Source of the DNA: Eledone cirrhosa
Lineage: Eukaryota
Length of the DNA stretch: 64,000 nt
Direction: 5' to 3'
Assembly: GCA_964016885.1 (NCBI GenBank)
Contig: OZ024761.1
Span: 24,366,001 to 24,430,000 of the forward strand
The position numbers were made by a program, and so were the translations under genes. A model generated the notes under the pieces. The model saw nothing but the letters and a program-made list of their open reading frames with translations, had not been told where the DNA came from and searched no databases. This document shows positions 17,796-29,823 of this stretch, piece by piece. The stretch's first letter is position 1. Each line of letters begins with the position of its first letter.

Positions 17796-17919
17796 ACACG
17801 TCTGTCACAGATGGCGCCACTAGTGTTTCTTGATTCAATCGTCTTTGCAATGAACTTTGGCTAAATTCAATATATTTCTCTGATCGATCAGAATAATTCG
17901 ATTTTCATTTTGCACCTTG

Positions 17920-18505
17920 TTGTGGCGATGTGGGTGGCGGTGGTGGCGATGGTGGTATTGGTGGTGATGGTAGTGGTGATGGTCGTGATGGTGTTAGTGG
18001 AGATGGTGATGATGGTGGTGGTTGTATTGATGGTGGTGGTTGTGTTGATGGTGATGGTTGTGTTGATGGTGATGGTGATGATGGTGGTGATGGTGTTGGT
18101 GGCGGTGATGGTGGTGGTGGTGTTAGTGATGATGGTGGTGATGGTGGTGGTGGTGTTAGTGATGATGGTGGTGATGGTGGTGATGGTGGTGGTGGTGTTA
18201 GTGATGATGGTGGTGGATGGTGGTGATGATGGTGGTAGTGGTGATGGTGGTGGTGTTAGTGGTGTTAGTGGTGATGGTGGATGGTGGTGGTGGTGGTGGT
18301 GGTGGTGGTGTTGGTGGTGGTGATGGTGTTGGTGGTGTTAGTAATGATGGTGGATGGTGGTAGTGGTGGTGGTGATGGTGGTGATAGTAGTGGTTGTGAT
18401 GATGGTGATGGTGCTTATGTTGATGGTGGTGATGATGGTGGTGGGGATGGTAGTGGTGGTGATGTGGTGTTTGTGATGTGATAGTGGTGATGATGATGAT
18501 GGTAG
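17920..18505. repeat. (GGT/GAT)n repeat
   Basis: Directly visible. Confidence 0.95.
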
Positions 18506-19560
18506 TGGCCCAAGATTTGCATTGTGTACATTCTATAGAGTTTATGCCAACTGCTTTTTGGGCTATCGAGCATGGCCATTTCCCTGATGGAATCAGAGTT
18601 GTGTCCTCTTTCCTACTTATCTATACTTTAGTCTTTGCTTGGTTTACTCTCAGTCCTTTTGATTCTATCTGCTGTTTCCACAGATGGAATTTATTCTCTA
18701 GCTTCTCTACTGATTCTGCTATAAGTACCAGATCATCAGCATAGAGAAGATCCCATAGGCTGCCAGTCTTAAACTCCTCTGTTATGGCTTAAACTCCTCT
18801 ATAATGAACAGAAAAAGGGCTGAGGACCGAACCCTGATGCACTCCTACTTGTATCTGGAATTCCTCACTAAACTCCATTCCTACTCTAACTTTACTGACA
18901 GCACCTCTGTACATGGCTTGCACTGTCTTCACAAGCCATTCGTCTACACCTAGTTTCCCTAGGGACCACCAGACGATAGATAGGGGTACCCTATGAAAGG
19001 CCGTCTCTAGGCTAACAAAAGCTAAACATAGTGGCTTATTCTTCCATAAGAACCTTTCTTGTAGTCATCTAATTTAAAAGAGGGTATCTGTTTTACTTTT
19101 CCTGGGCACAAAACCAAACTGTATCTCATCACTTTCATAACCTGATCCATCAGTTTTATGCCCCTATAATTGCTCCTCGCCAGAGCATCCTCTTTACCTT
19201 TGTAGCAATTTATAAGAATACAGCTGCACCAGTCTTTGGGTATGACTCCGCCATATATAGCTTGATTGACTATGTGTGCAACCAGTTTAGTTCCTACTTC
19301 TCCTGATGCCTTCAGCATCTCAGCAACTATCCCTGGCAGTCCAGTGACCTTACCACTTTTCGTTTCCTTAATTGCCTCTTTGATCCTATAGTCGTCAATT
19401 GAGATAGCTGGTCCTATAGTCGTCTATTGAGATAGCTGGTCCCTCTTATGTCTCCTGGGAGTAGTTTCTCTCTGTCCCATTCATTCTCAACATTCATCAG
19501 ACTCTCATAATGACATTTCCAGGCCCCCTTTTTCTGAGCATCAGTGACGCTAAGTGCACT
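18505..19560 (-). pseudogene. Decayed RTE-clade LINE reverse transcriptase
   Basis: Minus-strand translation: IPKDWCSCILINCYKGKEDALARSNYRGIKL, GVHQGSVLSPFLF, LLYADDLVL, GLRVNQAKTKV, with frameshifts and stops. Confidence 0.92.
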
Positions 19561-19574
19561 GGCATCATTTCGGA

Positions 19575-19882
19575 CACATTTATCTCAAAAAACATCCCGA
19601 TTTACACTGACACACTCTTCCAGTGTGTCCATGTAGGGGATCCCACAGGAGCACTGAGTGCAATGTCAACTCTGGATGTCGGTGAGCATGTCCAGCTAAC
19701 CCCAGTCTCCTCTGTGTCACTTTTGGGAGGCTCCCATACAGCTCTGAGTTTTCATCCTCAGTGTATACTGATTAATGTTCAGAGCCATCCTCACCATTTT
19801 CGTGTAACACCCGTCCACCATCTGAGTGAGTTTCTTGGTCAGTGTCCAAGTCTCACACCCGTACAGCAGCACAGACTCCACT
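19575..19882 (-). pseudogene. C-terminal fragment of a second RTE-like LINE family
   Basis: VESVLLYGCETWTLTKKL...DGCYTKMVRMALN...RRLGLAGHAHRHPEL. Confidence 0.85.
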
Positions 19883-20016
19883 ATATATATATATATATAT
19901 ATACAGATATACAGATATATAATAGACATATATTTATATTTATATATATTATATATATATATCTTATATATAATATATGGTATGTATATATATCATATAT
20001 ATATATACATACATAG

Positions 20017-20180
20017 CGGTGTAGCGTCAGATACCATGCTTTGCAGCATAGAGTTATGGCCCTTTATGCTCTGAGTTCAAATCCCGCTGAGGTTAGCTTT
20101 GCCTTACGGGGTCGATAAAATAAAGTACCAGTAATGCACTGAGGTAATTGCTGGCCTTGTGCCAAAAGTAGAAACTATTT
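20017..20180 (+). mobile_element. tRNA-derived SINE
   Basis: B-box gagttcaaatcc and body ataaaataaagtaccagtaa. Confidence 0.88.
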
Positions 20181-20244
20181 TATATATATACACGTACACT
20201 CACATATAAATATATATATATATATATATTTATATGTGAGTGTA

Positions 20245-20385
20245 AAAGTTCTAATTAAATTGTTGGGATACAACAAGCAAATATTTTTATAACTGATATA
20301 AAGCACTCAACAAATATTTGGAGTAAAAATACGATATTAACAAATGGAAACTATATTTATAATGGAAACTTGAAATAAATATGGT
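20245..20385 (-). mobile_element. Repeat family A copy
   Basis: Reverse complement of 21010-21140. Confidence 0.75.
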
Positions 20386-20410
20386 ATATATGTATATATA
20401 TATATATCAT

Positions 20411-20441
<31 letters not shown>

Positions 20442-20464
20442 TTTTATATATATATATATATACA

Positions 20465-20955
20465 TTTTTCCTCCTTTCGTGGATCGTAGTTGTCTCCCCT
20501 TCCCGCTTGGTGACGCTATAATACTTCCTCAGTCAAAAACTGCTGGAATTTCAAATTTGGCGGTCATTCGATGGGAGAGGGAGCAACTTAACAGACGATT
20601 TTTAACTGCGGTAAGAATTTTTTTCTTATATCAAAGTTTAATGGCCTTCCACTGATGATTTATAAACGCCCATCTAAATATATTCTTACATGAATGTATA
20701 TTAGGCTTCTACATAAACTGGAAATTTCTCCCAATTTGTAGAAAACTTATAATGAAACAATTGTTTGGAAAGAGAGATATATTTTAACTTTAATTATATC
20801 CATAAAATAATACAACTGGCTTTTCCACATAATACATATTGTTAGCACCCCAAACACTTAAATTGGGTTTATATTAAAATATAACCTAATGTTTGTTGAG
20901 TGAGATGGTTACCAGTCAGAGTTTAGCTTTAAATTATCTCTGTTATTGTATTAAA
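20465..20955 (+). mobile_element. Element of about 480 bp, Penelope pLTR/retrozyme-like, copy 1
   Basis: Colinear homology with 32140-32610; flanked by (TA)n; contains TCATTC, CG|GTAAG and a hammerhead fold. Confidence 0.7.
20647..20770 (+). ncRNA. Hammerhead ribozyme fold with 95-nt branched stem II
   Basis: ttcca-CTGATGA-(t ttataa...ttataa t)-GAAA-CAATTG-TT-tggaa. Confidence 0.7.
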
Positions 20956-20970
20956 TATATATATATATAT

Positions 20971-21137
20971 ATATACAATATATTAACAAATGGAAACTAT
21001 ATTTATAAAACCATATTTAAATAAATATAGTTTCCATTTGTTAATATATTGTATATTTAGTCCAATAATTTGTTGAGTGCTTTATATCAGTTATAAAAAT
21101 ATTTTGCTTGTTGTATCCCAACAAATTAAATATTACT

Positions 21138-21140
<3 letters not shown>
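20971..21140 (+). mobile_element. Repeat family A with fold-back 5' end
   Basis: Inverted repeat at 20971-21056 next to (TA)n. Confidence 0.75.
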
Positions 21141-21189
<49 letters not shown>

Positions 21190-21192
<3 letters not shown>

Positions 21193-21540
21193 CATTAAAT
21201 ATATATATATATATATATATATATCATTAAATATATATATATATATATATATATATCATTAAATATATATATATATATATATCATTAAATATATATATAT
21301 ATATATCTCATTAAATATATATATATATATCATTAAATATATATATATATATATCATTAAATATATATATAAATATATATATATATATATCATTAAATAT
21401 ATATATATATATATATCATTAAATATATATATATATATATTTCATTAAATATATATATATATCATTAAATATATATATATATATATTTCATTAAATATAT
21501 ATATATATCATTAAATATAAAATATATATATATATATCAA
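21190..21540. repeat. (TA)n-cattaaa minisatellite
   Basis: Directly visible. Confidence 0.9.
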
Positions 21541-21571
21541 ACATTATCAACATATTTACCCCTACCCCAAA

Positions 21572-21680
21572 ATAATTGTTTCTACTTTAGGCACAAGGCC
21601 AGCAAAATACCCAGTGCATTACTGGTACTTTATTTTATCGACCCCGTAAGGATGAAAGGCAAAGTTAACCTCGGTGGGAC
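21572..21680 (-). mobile_element. 5'-truncated tRNA-derived SINE
   Basis: actggtactttattttatcgaccccgtaaggatgaaaggc. Confidence 0.88.
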
Positions 21681-22048
21681 TACCAAAAAATAATAAATAC
21701 AAAATATTTTCAAGGGAAACAATCCATAAATATTGACATTAAGAGTTGTCTCCCATAACAATGTCTTATGAAAATAAGAAAATTCGTCGCTTTTGTCGGC
21801 CTGTTTCTCTACCTACGAAACTGTGAATCACTCTATCTACTTGTCTGTCTATCCCTCTCTCTACTTGTCTGTCTATCCCGCTCTCTCTCTATAACTCTTG
21901 TATCTCTCTATGCCTTTCTCTCGTCTCTCTCTCTGAATATATATATTGCAAGAGATGTCAACATGAATGGACCTGTTATTTTTATCGAAAGACATTTTTT
22001 CCAATCACATACCGCCCGTCCCCTCAATCTATTTTATTTCTCATTCCT

Positions 22049-22084
22049 TCTTCTGATGAAGGAATAGCGTCCGAAACGTTAAGA
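22049..22084 (+). ncRNA. Minimal hammerhead ribozyme motif
   Basis: tctt-CTGATGA-a-gga(atagcg)tcc-GAAA-CG-TT-aaga; AACGTT palindrome at stem III. Confidence 0.65.
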
Positions 22085-22289
22085 CCCTCTTCCTGCTATA
22101 TCAAGCGCTAACCTAATATAAACCTTCCATATACTTTACCGATTGTGTTGTTATTTTGTGTTACCTTTTACACGCACACACACACGCACACACGCACACG
22201 CACGCATACACATACATACATACATACATACATACATACATACATACATACATACATACATACATACATTTATTAAAATAACAGATTAA

Positions 22290-22340
22290 AGTTTAAGCAA
22301 AGAATCGTTGCTTTCACCCTTAACGGGATCTTCTGAAACT
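22290..22340 (-). ncRNA. Hammerhead fold with CAGAAGA variant core
   Basis: agttt-CAGAAGA-t ccc(gttaa)ggg t-GAAA-gcaa(cgattct)ttgc-TT-aaact. Confidence 0.65.
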
Positions 22341-23239
22341 AAAAAAATTAATCTGTGAACGCAGAATTAAATATTTTGAAAAACGTGGCAACCGAAAGAA
22401 AACAGGAAGACGATACTTTGGTTCGTGAAGACGTTCCCTGGCAATGAACGGAAAAAAGCGAAGATAATACGTCATTATGTGGACCGGTGAGAACAATTAC
22501 ACGCAAAGACAAAACCACCTTATGGTATAAATGAAGTCGTAGATTAATATTCTATTTAGGAAACCGAATGATTCTCGGCTTCGGAGTTAAGAATAATGTA
22601 AATAAATTAGTAGAACGAAAATGACAGAGGTTATTGAAATCAACATTAAGTAAATATATACATACACGCATCCATATACGTATATACACATGCATACGCA
22701 AAACCACCCGCCATGCATGCATAAACAAGCATAAACGCGCCCACACACACCAGCACAAGACCTGTACCCGCACACATACGAACGTATACACCAAATACAC
22801 ACAAACATTTATATGTTTGTGCGTGTGTGTATACATATAATTATCTAAACGTATATAAATATGCAAACATAAATACGTATATAACGCACGCACATACATA
22901 CATACATACCTACAGTTAAATACACATATCTTCACTAAACGTACGTCAACCAAAACAGAAAGTACACATACACATACACCTTACATACGTGCCAACACGC
23001 ATACACACACAAAAACAAAATACGGATATACACATAACCATATACGCATGTACCAGTATATATAATATGATATATATACACCTATAACAAATAGAAGCAA
23101 ATATACGTACGAGAAAGTATACGTACCTTCATAAAACATACGGGTAAGGTATACTTACCTATACAAATAAGTAATGTTATAAACATAAAATATACTTAGC
23201 TACCACATCAAGACGTAAATTATCCGCGTATCGTTCGTA

Positions 23240-24790
23240 CTATCCGTTAGGGTATAATGTGGGGCTGTAATACAGGAAAGTTTTATGCAATTTATGTTTA
23301 CAAGCCGAAATTGCCTTAGATTTTTTGTTCAAGATGTGGTCATTGGCGTAGAGTATTTCCATGGCTTCAGCGGCGCAAAGATCGCATGGTCTTTTATTTC
23401 CGTTATACGATCTAGCTTTAACTAGGATCTCCCAGTGTAACCTATATTGGGTGTGGTTGTCTTTTAGACTCCAGATATAAGCTGAAAGTTACGTCATATT
23501 CCTTCTTAAGGGGTTAAGAAAAGAATGAGTGTGCATGTAAAGACGCTGCTTGAATCTATTGGTGGTTAACCCTATGTAGGCCCTAAGGGACGTGGGTATT
23601 TCGACCTTACATTTGTAAATAATGTTACTGGAGAGGCATTTCCTGGATAGAGGGTAGTCAACCCGATTCCTACAAATACAGTTAGTACTAGCTACAGGGT
23701 TTCACGTGTTCCTACGGCTAGGTAATTTAGCTAAATTTGAAACAGTGATGTTATGTGCAAGGTTAGGAGTCGTAGGGTAAGATATTTTAATGGTATTTCT
23801 ATTAAATTGTTATTATATTTATGTGCTGAGGGGAAATGCTTTTTAATAAGGGAGAGAAAAATCTTAGCTAATGGCCACCTTCATATTATATGGTGGGTTA
23901 TACCATATAATGCGTCAGGATCTATTTTTCCTTGGTCTATGCTCATACTTAGTACATGCTACCTTATCGACAAATCCACTCCGAGCAAGAGCTTCATTGT
24001 AATATGTGGAATGGTCGGTGAAAATATGGTCGTTAGTAGCTAGACGGGAAAGCCTCAAAAAAACGTTTCGTACCAGGTTCTTGGCTATGCTGGCAGGATG
24101 GTTAGAATGCTTACTTATGGTATTAAGCCTATCATTCGGCTTTCTATGCGGGTAGTACAAGCCATTCGACAAATTGAGGGTAACGTCGAGGTAATTTACG
24201 ACCGAGGGGTTGGCCTCAACCTGTATGGAGAGGTTGAAGCCTTTAAATATGGCTGTGAGTTCTTTTCTGAACCTGTCGCAAGCACGTGGGCCGCACTTTG
24301 TCATGGTCAAAAGACCGTCATCACGGAACAAACCACCGCCCACATTGGGGAATTCTTCCTTGATAGAGAAAATAAGGAAAAGGCCGATAAGATCAGTAAC
24401 CCCCGCCGAATCGCTGGCTCCCATACTCACGTCGAATGGGGTACTATTAGATTTTTTAATCCAAATAGACGTCGAAATTAATCACCGACTTACGAAATCC
24501 TTAACCACCGTGAGCGTTTTAGCAAAATTGATAGTTCTAAGAAGTGGTAAAGTGATGGAGGAGTAGTAATTATTGATGTCGAATTGGATAAAACGGTAAT
24601 GTTCCATGTTGCATATGCCGTTGAACCAATAAATCACGCGAAAGAATTGTTCCACAGTGCAAGAGGGGTCAAGCTCCTAATTTCAGGTATAATTCTATCT
24701 AAAATCTTTTTACTAAGTGTACCTAAATCACACTTCGTAGGGTTAATAAGTTGGCGAAATCGGGTTTGTGATCCTTCAGGGTAAAGTAGG
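23240..24790 (-). pseudogene. Penelope-like reverse transcriptase plus GIY-YIG endonuclease, decayed
   Basis: TLKDHK, LINPTK, FIQFDINNYYSSI, FDVSMGASDSA, GLFRDDGL, NYLDVTLNL, SNHP, IIWYNPPY, CICR..YPL..KCL, NIIY...AYIGLT, FKQRL..H, CDLC..E, LNKKS...CKH; several frameshifts and stops. Confidence 0.93.
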
Positions 24791-24799
24791 GAGAAATAA

Positions 24800-24856
24800 T
24801 AATAAAATAATTTTCTACTTTAGGCACAAGGCCAGCAATTACCCAGTGCATTACTG

Positions 24857-24860
<4 letters not shown>
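24800..24860 (-). mobile_element. SINE 3' fragment abutting the truncated 5' end of the Penelope element
   Basis: tttctactttaggcacaaggccagcaattacccagtgcattactggtac. Confidence 0.8.
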
Positions 24861-24897
<37 letters not shown>

Positions 24898-24932
24898 AAC
24901 AAGAAAGACTGTATCATTTGTACATCTCTATA

Positions 24933-25008
24933 TATTTTGTTATACGTATTTCAAAGACGTAGGGCAATTGTATAACAACTGCCCTGCGTGTTATCTTCAG
25001 ACCAAGAT
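24933..25008 (-). ncRNA. Hammerhead ribozyme fold with weakened stem I
   Basis: CTGAAGA-(acgcagggcagttg/caattgccctacgt)-GAAA-TACGTA-TA-acaaaata. Confidence 0.65.
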
Positions 25009-25329
25009 CCAAACAAAATGTAAATATCCATTGATATGTTACCTGTCACACGTGTTGCCTTTCACACCTTCGCAGACCGATACGTTTAAATTTGATGGTT
25101 CACCACTGTTGATGTGTGCATACATTTTTGGGAAACACCCTGTACATACTGTATAACAAATTAAAATTACTTTACAGCATTTTCCAGATAAGAACGATAA
25201 CTCTCAATATATAATGTAGAGTTATTCCCCATGAAATAAAAATACTTTTTTATTTGTTTATTAAGAAGCAATCTAGAGATATATATTTGGGGGATTTTAA
25301 TGATGTATACATTATGGTTTTATAGTTTT

Positions 25330-25810
25330 TATGATGTTATGGTGGCGTTGTGATGGTGACGGCGTTGAAATGATGGCATTGTAGTGGCGGTGGTGTTGTA
25401 ATGGTGGTGGTGTTGTAATGGTGGTGGTGCTGTAGTGGTGGTGTTGTAATGGTGTGTGGTGTTGTAATGGTGGTGTTGTAGTGGTGGTGGCGTTATGATG
25501 GTGACGTAGTGGTGGCGTTGTAGTGGTGGGATGGCGTTTCAGTGGTTGTGGTGGTCGTTACGTTTTACTGATGGTGGCGTTGTAGTGGTGGTGGCGGTGT
25601 AGTGGTGGTGGCGGTGTAGTGGTGGTGGCGATGTAGTGGTGGTGGCGATGTAGTGGTGGTGGCGTTGTAATAGCGGTGGTGTTGTAGTGATGGTGGCGTT
25701 GTAATAGCGGTGGTGTTGTAGTGATGGTGGCGTCGTAGTGATGGTGGCGTCGTGAATGTGGCGTTGCAATAGTGGCGTTGTAATGGTGGTGTTGTGATGG
25801 TAGGGTCATG
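25330..25810. repeat. Degenerate (GGT/GTA) minisatellite
   Basis: Directly visible. Confidence 0.85.
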
Positions 25811-26709
25811 ATAGCGTCGTTGTGAGTGTTAATTATTTGTTGCTAAGTTAAGGTGTGACAAACAAAGGCATAATTTTAACTGAAATAGCTCAACAACGTA
25901 GCACAAGGGAGGCGGCGGTGAGGCGGTGTTTTGGTGTAAATGGTATGACAATTAGGTATTTCTTGCTAATTTATGGTGAGATAAATATCAAGTCCACCAT
26001 TTTAGAAAACAACTAAATCTTCTCCTCTCCCTCCCCCCCTAAATCAATACCAATGAGGTGGAAGTGGCGGCGGTGGTGTTGTAATGGTGAAGTGTTGAAA
26101 TGTTTTATTCGTAGCTGAGTTGTGGCTTGTTTATGATAAAATAAACAAGTCCACCATCTTGAAATAACAAAACAAAACAAAAAACCAAAACAAACAACAA
26201 CCAAAACACCACCATAGAGCGGGGCGTGGGGTTGGTGGTGTTGAAAATGGTGGTGTTGAAAATGGCGGGGTGTTAAAATGGTGCTGTTTGAAATGGCTGT
26301 GTGTTAAAAGGGTGGTGTTTGCAATGGATGGGTGTTAAAATGGTGGTGTCTGAAATGGCTAGGTGTTAAAAGGGTGGTGTTTGCAATGGCGGGGCTGTTT
26401 TCAATGGCGGGGTGTTAAAATGGGGGGGTGTTAAAAAGGTGGTGGCGGAGGCGGTGATGGTGGTCGTAGTGGAGGCGGTGGTTGTGGTGGTATTGGGGGA
26501 GGAAGTAAAGGTAGTAGTGGTGGTAATGGTGGTGGCGGTGTTTTAATTGTGTAAATTGTGTAATGTCTCGTCCAACGAGATTTATTTCAATCTGATCAAG
26601 CCATAAATAAATAAATAAAACCCTCCAACATTAAATATATTGGTCAGAGTTAAATAACTGTTTTGGGAGTTTAACAACAATACTTACAGAGCGACCCCTA
26701 CCAGCAGCG

Positions 26710-26938
26710 ATATATATATGTGTGTGTGTGTATATATGTGTGTGTGTGTGTATATATGTGTGTGTGTGTGTATATATGTGTGTGTGTGTGTATATATGTG
26801 TGTGTGTATATATGTGTGTGTGTGTATATGTGTGTGTGTATATGTGTGTATATGTGTGTGTATATATGTGTGTGTATATGTGTGTGTATATGTGTGTATA
26901 TGTGTGTATATGTGTGTGTATATATGTATGTGTGTGTA

Positions 26939-26981
<43 letters not shown>

Positions 26982-27126
26982 ATGTGTGTGTATATATATG
27001 TGTGTGTGTATATATGTGTGTGTGTATATATGTGTGTGTATATATGTGTGTGTATATGTGTGTGTGTGTGTGTATATGTGTGTGTATATGTGTGTATATG
27101 TGTGTGTATATATGTGTGTGTGTGTA

Positions 27127-27173
<47 letters not shown>

Positions 27174-27655
27174 ATATATATATGTGTATGTGTGTGTATA
27201 TATATGTGTGTGTGTGTGTATATATATGTGTGTGTGTGTATATATATATATGTGTGTGTGTGTATATATGTGTGTGTGTGTGTATATATATGTGTATGTG
27301 TGTGTGTGTATATGTGTGTGTGTGTATATATGTGTATGTGTGTGTGTATATATATGTGTATGTGTGTATATATATATGTGTGTGTGTGTATATATATATG
27401 TGTGTGTATATATGTGTGTGTGTGTATATTTGTGTATATATATATGTGTGTATATATATGCGTGTGTGTGTATAATGTACCCACCACGATGATATCATCA
27501 TCACAATAGTCATAATTGAATGTGTCTGTTTTCCTTGCTAACAATCGATCTATATATATATATATATATATACATACATATGTATATAGATATATATATA
27601 TGCATATATAGATATAAATATATATATGCATATATAGATATATATATATATATGC

Positions 27656-27695
<40 letters not shown>

Positions 27696-27906
27696 GCATA
27701 TATATATATGTATATAGATATATATATATATATGCATATATATATATGTATATAGATATATATATGCATATATATATATGCATATATATATATATATGCA
27801 TATAGATATATATATATATGCATATATATATACATATGCATATATATATATATACATATGCATATATATATATATATATACACATATGCATATATATACA
27901 CATATG

Positions 27907-27970
<64 letters not shown>

Positions 27971-28347
27971 GTGCGTGTGTGAGGGGTTTATGTACATGAG
28001 TATACACACACACACACACACACATATATATACATTCACACACGCACCCCCCCCACACACACATATATACATACATTCACTAAACACTACATATTCTCCA
28101 GCTAGTTACTCAGTCTTTCTTCCAGTAAAACTTGATAACATTTTTATTCTGCCATCTTGTTTTTTTTTTTTACTTTGTTTTATTGTATATGTAATTATAT
28201 TGCAGTTGTTTAACTTTTGGCTCCATTTTAGGTTGTATATATGTGTACCTATGTCACAAACACACACATATATATACATATGTATACATACCTATATGTG
28301 TATACACACACACACACACACACATCTCTCTCTCTACATATATATAT

Positions 28348-28398
<51 letters not shown>

Positions 28399-28557
28399 CA
28401 CACATATATATATATATATGTATACACACACACATATATATATATATATGTATACATACCTATATGTGTATACACACACACATATATACATATGTATACA
28501 TACCTATATGTGTATACACACACACGCACATCTCTCTCTCTCTATATATATATATAT

Positions 28558-28612
<55 letters not shown>

Positions 28613-28620
28613 TACATACA
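26710..28620. repeat. (TG)/(TA)/(CA) compound microsatellites
   Basis: Directly visible. Confidence 0.93.
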
Positions 28621-28967
28621 TGTATAAACATACTGAAACGCGTACACACAGGCACACCTCACATACACACACACCTCACACACACCTCACACACACTCTA
28701 CCCCTCAGACATACACCCCCACCCCACCCACGCACCCCACACCGCCCCCACACCCCACACCCCACAACATTCTACCCTTCCACCCTCTTTGTCTCCAGAG
28801 TGTACTCATCACTTACTCTGGAGTAGTTTATGTTTAATCAAAGTGTTTTTTAAATGTTTCCTCCAAATATAATTCTCTCAGATCAATATGTCTGCAGACA
28901 ATTACGTATTTTATTTGCGCTTTAAATAATAGACATCGAAGGTTGCAATATATATATATATATATTT

Positions 28968-29130
28968 ATTTATTAAAATAACAGATTAAAGTTTAAGCAA
29001 AGAATCGCTGCTTTCACCCTTAAGGGGGTCTTCTGAAACTCTAAATATTTGCTCTACGGTTCTTATATATTTGATAAATATTTATCCTTATCGAGCCCTC
29101 TTTGGATTTTAGTCTTCAAATTTATTATTA
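28968..29130 (-). mobile_element. Short Penelope-terminus copy
   Basis: 28968-29040 nearly identical to 22270-22340; flanked by (TA)n. Confidence 0.75.
28990..29040 (-). ncRNA. Hammerhead fold with CAGAAGA variant core
   Basis: agttt-CAGAAGA-c ccc(cttaa)ggg t-GAAA-gca...tgc-TT-aaact. Confidence 0.65.
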
Positions 29131-29823
29131 TTACTATATATATATATGTATATATATACACTAGCTTCAGTACCCGGTAATACCCGGGACAGGTGGGGTT
29201 ATTCGCAATTCCCAGAGTGCGCCGAAAAATTCTAGCGACCCTGGGTGCCAATACTGGATTTTCAATAACAACCTTTTGTAGCTGTGTTTATGGCAGATCA
29301 ATTTTTTTTTTGTGTTTGGAACTATCAATAAATAGCTGTTTAAGTCATAAGTCCTTCTTCCATCCAGCTTTCTTCATTAAGGGCGAATAAGTCGGGGAAG
29401 TTTGAGCTCGAAGAGTATCGGACTTATTCGACAAACTTGTGTATAAGAATAGCAAACGTGTGTATAAGAATAGCAAACTTGTGTATAAGAATAGCAAACT
29501 TACTGCCTCATCACTCAAAGACAAACACAGAACAATTGAGGAAGTCATGGCAATTATTGAAGAAATTATAAAATGGGGTTGGGGTAGGGGGGGGGGGGGG
29601 GGGGGGGCAAGGGAATTCCTCAGGCGACTAATCTTCTCATTGGTGTGTGTCATTAGTAAAGGCTTACGTTTTTGTTATAGAGCACAACTCGAACGAAGTT
29701 TCACCTCAAAATCGGCCGCAAACAATTAAGATACAGGTAGCATGAATATATGCCGACATAGATTTGTTATTAATTCTTCTAAACAATGTCATAGTGAGAC
29801 AACTTCCAGGTCGTCGGTCATCG

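Larger units (their letters stand above)
22270..24790 (-). mobile_element. 5'-truncated Penelope-like element with 3' region ending in a hammerhead
   Basis: Decayed RT-EN ORF, then about 950 bp of non-coding sequence and a same-strand hammerhead fold at 22290-22340. Confidence 0.8.

Noticed and set aside
23240-23920. Selenocysteine recoding of in-frame TGA codons in the Penelope ORF
   Set aside because: The TGAs fall in Arg-rich or linker positions (RKNRS*R, RRNT*N), not at conserved Cys positions; a TAA and frameshifts also occur, so ordinary decay is the simpler explanation.
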